From the NCBI GenBank assembly GCA_963782115.1, contig CAWAIK010000001.1, positions 128,001 through 192,000 of the forward strand: a DNA stretch of 64,000 nucleotides, given 5' to 3'. Made by a program: the position numbers and the translations under genes. Position 1 is the stretch's first letter, and each line of letters starts with the position of its first letter. The notes under the pieces are model-generated. The model worked only from the letters and a program-made list of their open reading frames with translations, did not search any database and was not told where the DNA came from. Shown piece by piece: positions 39,016-49,465 of the stretch. Origin of the DNA: an uncultured Verrucomicrobiae bacterium. GTDB taxonomy: Bacteria > Verrucomicrobiota > Verrucomicrobiia > Chthoniobacterales > JAFAMB01.

Positions 39016-41205
39016 CTATTTCACTGTGAATTTTTCTTCTACGGTCCCGTTGCGGCCTCTGGCTTTCAAAGACCATTCGCCCGGGGTGAGTTGCCAGAAA
39101 AAGCGGCCGTCTGGTTGTGCTGGAATGGGTGCGTCGCCGACAAACCAACTTACGTCGCTGCCGATGGTGGCAAGCAATTCGATCATTTGCTGTTTTGGCG
39201 GAAGAACCGAATCAATTTGATAGGTCGCGCCTGGACGGGGATTGATTATGCGTGGTTCAGGCAGGATCATCGCGCCGAATGCATTCTCGCGGCTGGAACA
39301 CCAACTCGCATATTCGCCGGGCAACAAAAGTTTTCCGTCATCTGTGAACCAGACGGACGAGTCCTGGACCGGCTCGGTTTCAGGCAGGAAAAGTTCGGTG
39401 ATTGTCCCCGGACTGAATCGTGATGGCAATAATCCGGTGGCCGCGCAGATTTCCCGCCGGACAAGAGCTTGGTCAGGTGCAGGGATCGGATGATCGTTCC
39501 GCAACAATTCATGCATAATAGTTGCCCAGAGTGGGGCGGCGCACTGCACAGCAAGCGTATCGCGCATCGGGCGACCATCGGGATTTCCAATCCATACGGC
39601 TACGGTGTGCTCTTTGTCGAATCCAACGGTCCAAGCATCTCGAAACCCGCTGCTGGTACCGGTCTTGGCGGCGATTCGTTCGCCCAACGCTAGAGGCGAA
39701 TTGGCGCCGAAGCTCTTTTTGCGGGCTTGGTTGTCGCACAAAATGTCGGTAATGATTTCCGTAGCCGCAGCCGAGGCTACGCGGTTAATCGGGAAAGACT
39801 CCGAGGCTAGCAGTTTTGGTCTGATCGACAATCCGCCGCGTGCCAGACCGGCATAGGCGGCCGCGAGATCGGTGAGTCGAATTTCGGCGTTGCCGAGGAT
39901 GAATCCGGCACCGTAGTCATCGAGGCTGCGTGGAAAATCGAAACCCCATTTCTGTAATTCGTAGAAGGCAGAACGCGCGCCGACTCGGCTTAGCGCCAGA
40001 ATTGCCGGAACGTTCAAGGAACAGGCGAGCGCTTCACGGACGCGTACGGGACCAAGATAACGATGGTTGAAGTTTTGCGGATCGTAATCGCTGTATTGAT
40101 CACGAATGGCGTCCGAAGTATCGGCAAGCAGTGTCGCCGCGGTCAGCAATCGGCGATCAATCGCCGTGAGATAGACAAATGGTTTAAGTGTCGAACCGCA
40201 GCTCCGCGATCGCATTGAGCCATTGACTTGATTGCCTGAATAATTTGAGGAGCCGACCATTGCGCGCACCGCGCCGGAGGCATTGTCTAAGATGACAACG
40301 GCGCCGTCTGCAACGTCATAACGATTCAATGAAGCGAGATGTGCGCGCAACTTCAGCTCGGCGAAACGCTGTAAATCGAGATCGAGAGTGGTGCGCACCT
40401 TTCCGGCAATTCCGGGTTGGCGCTGCTTGATGGCGTCCACATAGTTTGGAGCCAAATGAAGGGGATCAAAGTGCCCGGGCACAGGTGGTGTTTCGCTGAG
40501 AAGCGTTCGCTGGCCGCCGGCAAGGAAACCTGTTTTAGCTAAGAGATCCAATGAACGGCCATATTTGCGCTCCGCACGTTCCGGATGGCGCCAGGGGTTA
40601 AACCTGGTGGGCGCCTGTGACAGACCAGCGATATAGACCGATTCTGCGAGAGTCAGATCACGTGCGGGTTTGCCAAAGTAAGCACGTGAGGCGGCCTCCG
40701 GTCCAAGGCGGCGGTTGCCAAAGCTGCTGCGATTCAAATATTCGGCAAGGATCCGCTCCTTGGTCCAGCGGCGTTCCAATTTCCAGGCAACGATGGTTTC
40801 GTAAAGCTTGGCGAACCAGTTTCGCTGTTGCCGGTGGCAAGCAATTTTGACGAGTTGCTGCGTGATGGTTGACCCGCCTCCGATGATCCGACCCGCTCGG
40901 AAATTCCGGAGACCGGCGGCGCAGGTGGCCTGCCAGTCGATTCCGCTATGGCGATAGAAACGCCGATCTTCAAGGGCCACGGTTACGCGTGGCAGCCAGT
41001 CGCCCATTTCAGTCAGGGTGATCGGGGTCTGCACTCGCGCCCGCTGGGAAGCGAGTTCGGCGATTTCACGTCCGCGGACGTCGAGGAGCGTGGCTGTTCC
41101 CAAGAGAGGACTTTGCAACTCCTCCGGTAACGGCAACCATAGTATCCAGAGCGCAACTGTGGCAACGATGACGGTGAAAATCGTTATTCCGCTGAAACGA
41201 CGCAT
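39016..41205 (-). CDS. pbpC: Penicillin-binding protein 1C
   Basis: EDRRFY.H.G.D, GGSTITQQL, GSTLKPF, SLN, KTGTS; follows A2M gene. Confidence 0.9.
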   Translation of the reverse strand: MRRFSGITIFTVIVATVALWILWLPLPEELQSPLLGTATLLDVRGREIAELASQRARVQTPITLTEMGDWLPRVTVALEDRRFYRHSGIDWQATCAAGLRNFRAGRIIGGGSTITQQLVKIACHRQQRNWFAKLYETIVAWKLERRWTKERILAEYLNRSSFGNRRLGPEAASRAYFGKPARDLTLAESVYIAGLSQAPTRFNPWRHPERAERKYGRSLDLLAKTGFLAGGQRTLLSETPPVPGHFDPLHLAPNYVDAIKQRQPGIAGKVRTTLDLDLQRFAELKLRAHLASLNRYDVADGAVVILDNASGAVRAMVGSSNYSGNQVNGSMRSRSCGSTLKPFVYLTAIDRRLLTAATLLADTSDAIRDQYSDYDPQNFNHRYLGPVRVREALACSLNVPAILALSRVGARSAFYELQKWGFDFPRSLDDYGAGFILGNAEIRLTDLAAAYAGLARGGLSIRPKLLASESFPINRVASAAATEIITDILCDNQARKKSFGANSPLALGERIAAKTGTSSGFRDAWTVGFDKEHTVAVWIGNPDGRPMRDTLAVQCAAPLWATIMHELLRNDHPIPAPDQALVRREICAATGLLPSRFSPGTITELFLPETEPVQDSSVWFTDDGKLLLPGEYASWCSSRENAFGAMILPEPRIINPRPGATYQIDSVLPPKQQMIELLATIGSDVSWFVGDAPIPAQPDGRFFWQLTPGEWSLKARGRNGTVEEKFTVK

Positions 41206-44200
41206 ACGCTGGACGGTGAAAGACCGGAGAACCGGCTATCGTACATCGGCGCGATTTGTGTGGCCGGCCACCTGAATGTTCCGGCGGCTGTTGTTCGAGC
41301 CAGAATGGAATATTTACCGGGGCCGGCAAAGAGCTCGTCGAAATAGAGGAGAGTCGAGCGATCGCGCAATTCGGAGTGCGAGAGCTCCAGTGCCCGATCA
41401 TCGGTGTTATCAGATGGAACATCGAAGAATTTTGCAATCATCGCCAACGCTGGGTTTACGGTTTCCAGTCCGGCCGGCAGAAGGTCTTCGAGCGCCACAT
41501 AGTTCTGGGTCTTCTGGGTATTAACTCTGTAAGTGACGAGGATTTGATCACCTAGCTTAAACGGAGCATCCGCGTTTCCGGTGCGTTTTGGATCGGTCAG
41601 ATCATGCACGACTCGTTCGATTCGAATACCTCGATCGACATGGTCGGTTTGAGGCGATTCGCTAGCGTACTTCGCCCGCAGCAAATAGCTGACATTCTGC
41701 TGATTCATATCCGCGGTGAGCGCAACATCGGGGAGCAAGCGGTTCAACCAGGCCGCCGATCGGCCATTTTTTGAAAGGACCGCACTCGGGTCGGAGATCC
41801 TTAAAGGATTGGATTCCTCGGTGCCGAGCATCGATCTGAACGCCAGTAACAACCATAAATTTTCCTGGGTGGAAAGCGATGCGGAGGAATTCATCAGAGT
41901 GTTCAGTCTTTCCCGCACGCGTTCTTGCTTTTCCGGTGTCCAGATTTTTGGCGCTATGGTCGCGAATGCGAACGTGCAGATTGCTTCCGCCCGTGTCGTG
42001 GAAGTGAAGGTGCGCGGGTCGAAGGCGCGCGGCTTGATGGGCGCATCAATTTCGCGAAGCAATTGCTCCTGCTCCTTCGGCATGATTTCAAGACGATGAA
42101 GGGCCAAGGCCAGGAGTGCTCTCGCTTCGTCGCCGGTCTCGACTCGCTGCAGGTAAAGCTCCTCCGCTGCCGCTGTAAAATCCTGGACTGTCGAAGCATG
42201 GCTTAAAGCAAATAGCGCAAATACCTGGTCGAATCTCGAGGCGGAAAGTTGGCCTTGGACAACCTTCATGAGCGCGCCGCGAAATTTGTTCGCCAAACCT
42301 TCCGGGACCGCGAAGCCCGCCTCGGTTGCCTCATTTATGGCCCATAACGCCTGCGCCGTGACGAAAGCATTTCCGATTGTACCTCCCGGCCAATAGGGGA
42401 GCATACCATTCTCAAGAGTCGATTCGTCAATTTGCTGCAAGCCTCGCCCGATCACGGTTCGATACTCTTGATCCCGCGCTTCCGAGTCGGGCAAAAAAGC
42501 GAGCAAATTCCCCAACATAGCGTATCCAAGCAAGCGACTTGAGATCTGCTCGAAGCAACCGTGGGGATACTCGAGGAGTGCAGGCAGCCCGGTAATTTCC
42601 GGCAACCAGGGAGAAGTAGAGACAGTCACGTTGATCGTCCCGCGCCCCTGTTTCCAGGCTTCGGGCAAGACTGCCCGGACATCGAGCTGGGCACCCTGCA
42701 ATGATCCCGCAACACTTTCCACGCGCGTAACGGTCGGCGCATCTACGGGAAGCGTCAGTTCCATGGAGTCCGCCATCTTTGAATCCGATTGAGCCGTGAC
42801 ATCAAAACGGATCTTGGCCGGCCTCAGTTCATGATCGGTGACCCTGGCCTTGAATCGAAAGACGGTTGGTACGTCTCGACCAACTGTCGCCGTCAAATCC
42901 GCGGCTCCCGCCAAGGTACAGTTCGCGTCGGTCAAACAGTGGACGTGGAGTTCGTCCGAGTTCGCAAAGTTCTGGTGAACAACGGCTCGCAACTCGATTT
43001 CGTCACCATCGCGCAGGAAGCGAGGCAGAGCGGCCTGGACCAGGACCGGTTTGGAAATCTTAAGCGTGGTGCCGGCATCTCCGCCAAATTTACTTTCCTT
43101 CGTCTCTCCCAGCGCAACGAGCCGATAAGTTGTCAGGTTATCTGGCGCGCTAAACTGAAATGCCGCGTTTCCGTCCTTGTCGGTTTTTAACGCACCTGCC
43201 CAAAATGCTAACGTCTGGAATTCTTTCCTGACGTTCACGACATTCGCGAGTTTCTCTTCACCGCCGTCGCCGATGATGAACCCTTTGTGAGTCAGGCTTT
43301 GGCGAGGGATTGCCTCCTGATAAGAATCGAGTGATTCGTAGCTTTTTATGCCGAACGTGCGCTCGTAATAGAATGCACCAACAAGGTCGGGTAATTGCCA
43401 ATCCCCGAGTTGCAGGACGGCGTCGTCGACCACGAAGACCGTTAAATCCGCATCAGGAGCGGGCCGGCCTTCGGATGTCACGTGCAGCCGGCCGTGAATC
43501 ATCTCCCCTGGTTGAGCGGTCACAGCAGCAAGGTGCGGTTCGATTTTGAGTTTCCAGTCCGGCCGCTGAACGATTATCTGGGTGTAGGCGAAACGCTCCA
43601 GCGGCAGTGCATGCTCGCCGCCTGGACGGGTGAGGTAGATAGAAACAAACGCATTCGGCCCATATTCCTTTTTGATTGGAATCTCAATGCGACCGGCATT
43701 GCCAGGAATCGGGACAAGAAATGTATCGAGAATTTTGTCCGTTTCAATCGACACCCAGGCAATACCCGGGAACGGAGCTTTCGTCGTCAGGACTGCGGTC
43801 TCTCCAGGAACGAACGGTTCGGCCCGCTGTACAATTTGAAAACTGGTCTCGTTTTCAACGGGCAGTTCCGCAAGCTCTTCTCCGGTAACGGTTGTCTCGT
43901 CGCTGACAAGTGGCGTTCGAGTCCCAGGGGCGCTCACGGCAACGACATAGCGGCCGGTTTGTTGCACGTCGAAACGAATTGTTCCAGAGCCTTTTAATTC
44001 CTGCGAAGCAACTTTCTTGAATTGGTCGGTATTTCGGTATCGATAGACAAATGGTGCAACCTGTTCTTTGACTGTTTTTGTAATAACGAAAAACAAATCG
44101 GATTGTAGGGGGATATCGGTGACCGGTTGATTGTCCAGATCGAAGGCCTTGATTTGAACCTGCACAGCTTTGGGTGCGCTGGCAACCTCGGTCGCCTGCG

Positions 44201-46661
44201 CGGCCAGATGCACCCGAGCCGAGGAGACTAATGCAGAGGCGCCCCCTGTTAAGGTCTGACCGTCCATCGAAGTGACCTCCGCGCGCCATGAGATATCGCA
44301 CAGTCCGACCGCGGGATCGTTCTCGAACGGTGACTCGCATTTCAGCGATGCCCGGCCGTGCTCATCGAGCTTGGTGTCGCCTTCAAGGGTTTTGGTCGGC
44401 ACGGCGTCGGGATCGAGACGGGGGCCGATTTCGGCGTAGGTATTGTAGCATTTAAAGCTATCCTCTCGTACCTCGGCTGATACGGTCCAGGTTACTTTCC
44501 AGTGCACGTTGGCGCCGGCATTTGGCGCGCCATGAAAGTAGGTCGACGAAATGCTGGTGTGCGCGACTTGGCCGACCTCGTTTACGGCCCCGACAATCAC
44601 TGAAAAGAGGGGAACGCGGTATTCTTCGATATCAACTTCCGCGATTCCCGCGTAAGCATCATTTCCAATCTGGCAGCGGATCTGGTAGCGTCCAGTCCGG
44701 GCCTTGTCAGGCACCACCCATGATGTCTCCCAGGTTCCATCCGGGGAGAGGGTCGCTGTTCCTTCTTTGACGACGTGTTTTTCATCCCCTTCGGAGACTT
44801 GCCAGCAAGCTTCGCTCGACATCGGAATCGTAAGATTGGTTTCATTGGCGTCACGCACAATGCCTTTGATCTTAACTACCTGTCCGGGCCGGTAAAGATT
44901 TCGATCAGTAATGATCGCCGCACGGCGATGTGGTGAGGCCGGAATTTCTTCACTTCCCGATGTATATCCCGTATTGGTGTCCAAGGAACGAACGACCGGA
45001 CCCTGGACGGTATCAGCGATAATGAGAGCGGCGTGCGATTGCTGATCGGGAAAAAGTTCCGCACGGGAAAGCGTGGCTATTCCATTCTTATCGGTGGTGG
45101 CGCGTTGCAGTTCGATATTTTCAGCCGTTACGGCGCGAAGGGCAACGCCGGCCACCGGTTGTGCATCGGCCATGCCCGTGATACGCAGGATGATTGAATC
45201 GGCTGTCCGTTTCTGCGTCAGGATATAGTTGCTGACCAAAATGATGGATCGATTGCCGACGATGCGCCCGCTGGCAACCGTGGAATTTGCCTCGAGCAAA
45301 TAGGGGCCCGAAAAGGACTGGCCGTCGCTCGACACGCACCGAATCTCGCGCATGGTCTCTGCGTCGTCATTTGGGGCATCCAGAGTGCCACTGCTAACGA
45401 CCGGAAGATCAAACGTTTCGATCAGCAAATCCGTGGGACGCATTTGCGGAAAACCGGTTCGAGGATCGACCACTGCTTTGCCAGTGAGTGGATTAATCTG
45501 TTGCTCTTCGAATTCTGATAACCGAGCTTTGACCGCGCCAAGTTTTTCCAATGGGATGCGCGCCAGCTTCCATTGCAGAGGGCCTGTATTAATCTGAAGG
45601 AACGAAAAACGCAGTTCTTTGAGGGCTCGCAAATAAAGCTCCGGGGAGGCAAAGACGATGCACGGATCCTTTGAATGAAATGTTGCGCCCCATTTCGATT
45701 GAAGCGGCAACCCGTACCCACGTTGACCCTTCAGTTCTGGAGAGACCGTGACCACATAATGTTGCGCAAGATCGAAGTCGCCTTTTGCAGTGACCATTTG
45801 CCCATCGGCGAGTAACTTGAGATTCTGAACGGCCGGCTCGATCCGGATTTGGTCCGGAGTCACGTTGCTGGGATCAAATTGATCGTTGAACTTGATTTCG
45901 ATCATTGGTTCTTCGAGCGGGCGATTGTAGGCTCCGATCCATTCAATTTTCAGTGGAGTGGTCGTTCCGACCGGAAAGACGCGGGGGTAGGAAAGCGGAT
46001 CATCGCTGCTTGCGTCGGTGAGGCCGTCCACAATTAAATCGTAAGTGCGGCTGACCGGCAGCTGATCTCGCGGCGTGACCCGGAACTCGCGTGTCTTTGG
46101 GGAATCCTCTTGGTTTTGAATGACATCGACGGGATAGCGTTGACGCGAGTCACGATCCTGGAAATAAGCATGCTCGGTCACATCCGTGAGACGCACCTCG
46201 TAAGTGGATTCGAGTGGGACTTGTGGTTGGCTGCTCAGCTCGTTACGGATTTCGTAGTTCGCCGTGACCGAGAACTGCGGTGTCTTGAATTCCGCGCTCC
46301 AATCCTTTGGCAGTACAGGTTGGTTAGCGAGATCGTTCAAGCCCGGTGGAAGACCGAGGTGATAAGTGGCTCCGGCTTTAACACGTTTGATCGTGAACAC
46401 GCCTTCGTTCTGACTTTTCCAAAGAAACTCGCCTTCGAGCGCAGGCCGACTGGTGAAAGGCAACGGTTGATTTGGAACATCGATGTTGGCGGTTCCGATC
46501 ATCGATGTCGGAAAAGTCAATGTGAGGACAGTTCCGGCTGCAAGCTCCCCACCGCTCGTTTCGATGAGAACACCACCGGCATCGGGACCTGGTTTTTCTG
46601 CCTCTGCGGAGCGAGCGATCCAGGGAAGAAACCAAAACAAAATAATGAGTGTGCACTTCAT
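41184..46661 (-). CDS. Bacterial alpha-2-macroglobulin family protein
   Basis: 1825 aa; TDRNLYRPG, EEYRVP, VVDDAVL, PDNLTTYR, LPRFLRDGD, thioester YPHGCFEQ. Confidence 0.93.
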   Translation of the reverse strand: MKCTLIILFWFLPWIARSAEAEKPGPDAGGVLIETSGGELAAGTVLTLTFPTSMIGTANIDVPNQPLPFTSRPALEGEFLWKSQNEGVFTIKRVKAGATYHLGLPPGLNDLANQPVLPKDWSAEFKTPQFSVTANYEIRNELSSQPQVPLESTYEVRLTDVTEHAYFQDRDSRQRYPVDVIQNQEDSPKTREFRVTPRDQLPVSRTYDLIVDGLTDASSDDPLSYPRVFPVGTTTPLKIEWIGAYNRPLEEPMIEIKFNDQFDPSNVTPDQIRIEPAVQNLKLLADGQMVTAKGDFDLAQHYVVTVSPELKGQRGYGLPLQSKWGATFHSKDPCIVFASPELYLRALKELRFSFLQINTGPLQWKLARIPLEKLGAVKARLSEFEEQQINPLTGKAVVDPRTGFPQMRPTDLLIETFDLPVVSSGTLDAPNDDAETMREIRCVSSDGQSFSGPYLLEANSTVASGRIVGNRSIILVSNYILTQKRTADSIILRITGMADAQPVAGVALRAVTAENIELQRATTDKNGIATLSRAELFPDQQSHAALIIADTVQGPVVRSLDTNTGYTSGSEEIPASPHRRAAIITDRNLYRPGQVVKIKGIVRDANETNLTIPMSSEACWQVSEGDEKHVVKEGTATLSPDGTWETSWVVPDKARTGRYQIRCQIGNDAYAGIAEVDIEEYRVPLFSVIVGAVNEVGQVAHTSISSTYFHGAPNAGANVHWKVTWTVSAEVREDSFKCYNTYAEIGPRLDPDAVPTKTLEGDTKLDEHGRASLKCESPFENDPAVGLCDISWRAEVTSMDGQTLTGGASALVSSARVHLAAQATEVASAPKAVQVQIKAFDLDNQPVTDIPLQSDLFFVITKTVKEQVAPFVYRYRNTDQFKKVASQELKGSGTIRFDVQQTGRYVVAVSAPGTRTPLVSDETTVTGEELAELPVENETSFQIVQRAEPFVPGETAVLTTKAPFPGIAWVSIETDKILDTFLVPIPGNAGRIEIPIKKEYGPNAFVSIYLTRPGGEHALPLERFAYTQIIVQRPDWKLKIEPHLAAVTAQPGEMIHGRLHVTSEGRPAPDADLTVFVVDDAVLQLGDWQLPDLVGAFYYERTFGIKSYESLDSYQEAIPRQSLTHKGFIIGDGGEEKLANVVNVRKEFQTLAFWAGALKTDKDGNAAFQFSAPDNLTTYRLVALGETKESKFGGDAGTTLKISKPVLVQAALPRFLRDGDEIELRAVVHQNFANSDELHVHCLTDANCTLAGAADLTATVGRDVPTVFRFKARVTDHELRPAKIRFDVTAQSDSKMADSMELTLPVDAPTVTRVESVAGSLQGAQLDVRAVLPEAWKQGRGTINVTVSTSPWLPEITGLPALLEYPHGCFEQISSRLLGYAMLGNLLAFLPDSEARDQEYRTVIGRGLQQIDESTLENGMLPYWPGGTIGNAFVTAQALWAINEATEAGFAVPEGLANKFRGALMKVVQGQLSASRFDQVFALFALSHASTVQDFTAAAEELYLQRVETGDEARALLALALHRLEIMPKEQEQLLREIDAPIKPRAFDPRTFTSTTRAEAICTFAFATIAPKIWTPEKQERVRERLNTLMNSSASLSTQENLWLLLAFRSMLGTEESNPLRISDPSAVLSKNGRSAAWLNRLLPDVALTADMNQQNVSYLLRAKYASESPQTDHVDRGIRIERVVHDLTDPKRTGNADAPFKLGDQILVTYRVNTQKTQNYVALEDLLPAGLETVNPALAMIAKFFDVPSDNTDDRALELSHSELRDRSTLLYFDELFAGPGKYSILARTTAAGTFRWPATQIAPMYDSRFSGLSPSSVCVVSAE

Positions 46662-48010
46662 TCTTGCGGCTCGGGTAGCTGCTGCCTCCGTTGGGCATCA
46701 AGTTCGGCATCGGCGATCCGACCGATTCGCCTCTCGCACTTTTCTCGTTCGAGCAGCGCCACGCTTGATTCACGGATTGCCAGTGATCGGCTTTGACATT
46801 GGATGGCAGCTTCAAAATTTGCGCGTTGGGCTTCAAGCAGCCCCCGATAGTACCAAATCACAGGATCGCCAGAATTGAGCTGAGTCGCTCTTTCGACGTA
46901 AGTCATTGCTTCGCGCGTGCGACCCAATGAGTCTTGCGCGTGGGCCGCCTGAAAATACGCCGGGGCTGAACCCGGATCGAGCTTGATGGCAAATTGCGCA
47001 TCGGCGAGAGCAAGGGTGTACTGATTGATCTGGCGCAACGCTTTCGCCCGTATAACCAAGGGCTCGGCGTGGCCAGGATTTTTCCAGACCAAGCTATCCG
47101 CGGCACCAAGCGCCCGGAGCGCTTCATCAGGCAGATGATTGTTCTTGTCGCGTTTGAGATCGTGGCTGACGCCCAGGTTCGCCGCTTCATCCCCGCGGCT
47201 GAGATCCAACAAAGCTTCACCTGCCTGTATCCGAGCTCTCATCATCCCGGGAGCCAGATTCATTGCATGTTCAGAATCCTTAAGGGCGAGATTCGGGCGA
47301 TTGGTCAAAGCGAAAAGGCGCGCGCGATCCAGCCACGGGAGAGGTGCAGCCGGCGTTTTCGCAACCTGGGCATCGAGGGCCTTGATTTGGGGTATGAACT
47401 TCGACAGGAGTTCGAATCCAGGCAGTGCATCTTTGACCGCCTTGGCGGAGGGATCGATCTCGTTCGCCTTGCCGACGTCGGCAAACGCTTTTTCCCAGGC
47501 GCGGAGTTCCAAATAATCATCCGCGCGAGCGATCAATTCCGTCCCTGTTTTGCTCTCTGCAAGTGCGCGGGTCCGCCAGTCTACCGCCTCTTGCCAATGT
47601 TCCGCCGATTCGCTGAGCTTGGCGAGTTTCTCCAATGTATCAGTGGCTTTGGGATCCGCAGCGAGGTACAAACGCCAGTCATGTTCCGCTGTCTTGTAGT
47701 CTTTTCGCGCCATTGCCAGATCACCGCGGATATCATCGATCACTCCCGGTCTGGGCTGAACACGAGCTTCCCACGCGTCCAGTGTTGCGGCACAACGATC
47801 TCGATCGTCTAGTTCCAGTTGTTCCTTCGCGAGCTTTTCCCATGTTTGCGAATCGTTTGGGTCCGCTTCCACAATTCGCCGGCTCAATTCGACAATCGCC
47901 GAATTATCGGAGGCACTCTCGGCCGCCTGCAGTTGTTTGCGCAATACTGGCAGATCCGCTTCTGCCGCGTGAATCAAAACGGCGGCGAGCCCAAGCAGTC
48001 CCGGTACCAT
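46658..48010 (-). CDS. Secreted tetratricopeptide-repeat protein
   Basis: Signal-like MVPGLLGLAAVLIHA; repeated A..LDP/W..RG TPR patterns; ATGA overlap with A2M. Confidence 0.85.
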   Translation of the reverse strand: MVPGLLGLAAVLIHAAEADLPVLRKQLQAAESASDNSAIVELSRRIVEADPNDSQTWEKLAKEQLELDDRDRCAATLDAWEARVQPRPGVIDDIRGDLAMARKDYKTAEHDWRLYLAADPKATDTLEKLAKLSESAEHWQEAVDWRTRALAESKTGTELIARADDYLELRAWEKAFADVGKANEIDPSAKAVKDALPGFELLSKFIPQIKALDAQVAKTPAAPLPWLDRARLFALTNRPNLALKDSEHAMNLAPGMMRARIQAGEALLDLSRGDEAANLGVSHDLKRDKNNHLPDEALRALGAADSLVWKNPGHAEPLVIRAKALRQINQYTLALADAQFAIKLDPGSAPAYFQAAHAQDSLGRTREAMTYVERATQLNSGDPVIWYYRGLLEAQRANFEAAIQCQSRSLAIRESSVALLEREKCERRIGRIADAELDAQRRQQLPEPQE

Positions 48011-48527
48011 TAATTGAATGGAGGCGACGTGGGAAAAAATCTTAAGGGACCGCCTTTGGCAACGGCGCTTCAATGTCATTAAGTTTGTGAGTGCGATTCG
48101 CGACTCATCATTTATAGAAATTTTAGATGGAATGGAAGGAAGAAGTGGCAGTGGCAGCGTCAACGGCAGTGTCAGTGTCAGAAAAGAGGGGTTGCTCCCT
48201 GAGCTGTCTGTTGTCGAAAGCTGAATCCTTTAAACCTTGCGCCGCTTCTGTTCCGGAGACGGAACGGTTGGGATCGTCAGACCGTCGTTCCGACCAGTCG
48301 GGTGCTTTCGATGACCCAAGCAGAAGTGGGGATTCGGGGAGTTTGAGCAACTGTGCCCCAAGCATAACCTGTAGACCAAAACATCCGGGATTTTTCTCGC
48401 GTTGCGATCGCCGAACTCTTCCATGCTCATCCGCATAGTTTCCTGTTTCGGGATTTACTGGGTCTTTGGCACTGATCGGGGGCTTAGATGTGGCTCCGGG
48501 CGTAGGCCGTTTCTATCGAAAGGATTG

Positions 48528-48752
48528 TCTTTGTGACCTTTGTGATCTTCTGTGCAAATGATTTTTCTTCGTCCATAAGACAGAAAAAAAGCGAAAGTCA
48601 TTTTTGAACAGAAGATCGCAAAGATCACAAAGAGTCACTGTCTTTAAGAGCCATCGGAGGCACGTGGGCCTGCATTGTCTAAATCTCGATCAGCAACGAA
48701 CGAAACGCCCCTTAATCCCCACTCGTCCTCTTGTTCTGAAATCGTAATCGTC
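48528..48752. repeat. AGAAGATCGCAAAG-family element
   Basis: Matches 13428-13632 and is inverse of units at 11038-11580. Confidence 0.88.
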
Positions 48753-48960
48753 GTAGTTAATGACTCCCGTATCACGCTGATACAGAAATTGCCAGATGAC
48801 CGCAACGTAGGTGTGCGCGATCAGCAAAGGAAAAAAGTAGATTGATCGAAAGAAGTTGCGTACCAGCTGGGGCAGGCGGCGATTCAGCACACCAGGGAGT
48901 GAATGAACTTGACGGATTCCAGCGCCTTCGGATCATCGAGAATAGATTTCTTCCAATCGG
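48753..48960 (-). pseudogene. Carbohydrate (CUT1) ABC permease fragment
   Basis: LNRRL..RNFFRSIYFFPLLI..VAVIWQFLYQRDTGVINY. Confidence 0.7.
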
Positions 48961-48999
48961 AGGATAGAACAGAGGTGTTATTGGTGTGATAAACTCAGA

Positions 49000-49417
49000 A
49001 AACGAGGGTGGATCCAGGCCTTGAGCGCGTTTCGGCTTAAGCCTGCCCTCTCTTCAAACATCGTGGACAGCGGAGGGAGGATATGAGGCTACCAAGCGAC
49101 TTATCCAAAGATCATTCAATAGATTTTCAGCCATCTTTGCCGCAAACGACTTAATTGCTCTGGGATCGATGCTGGCTTTGCACGAGCGCGGAATCAGTGT
49201 TCCCGAGCAAATCTCCGTCGTAGGTTTTGATGGGATGCCGGAGTCCCAGTTCTTCTATCCGTCGCTTTCGAGCGTGGCCGTCGACTTCGATCTTCTGGCT
49301 AAGGAGAGCTTGCTGAGCCTCTTCGCCGCGATCCAAAGGCCCAACGACGAGCCGATCAAAAAAATCGGGATTCCAAAGCTGATTCAAAGGAAGAGCACCG
49401 GATCGCCAAGAACTTAA
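49000..49417 (+). pseudogene. LacI-family regulator C-terminal fragment
   Basis: [41 protein letters not shown]; no HTH. Confidence 0.8.
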
Positions 49418-49465
49418 CTTAGAAATTCAGACTCCAGACTTAACAGGAGAGGCGGAGGATTCCCA

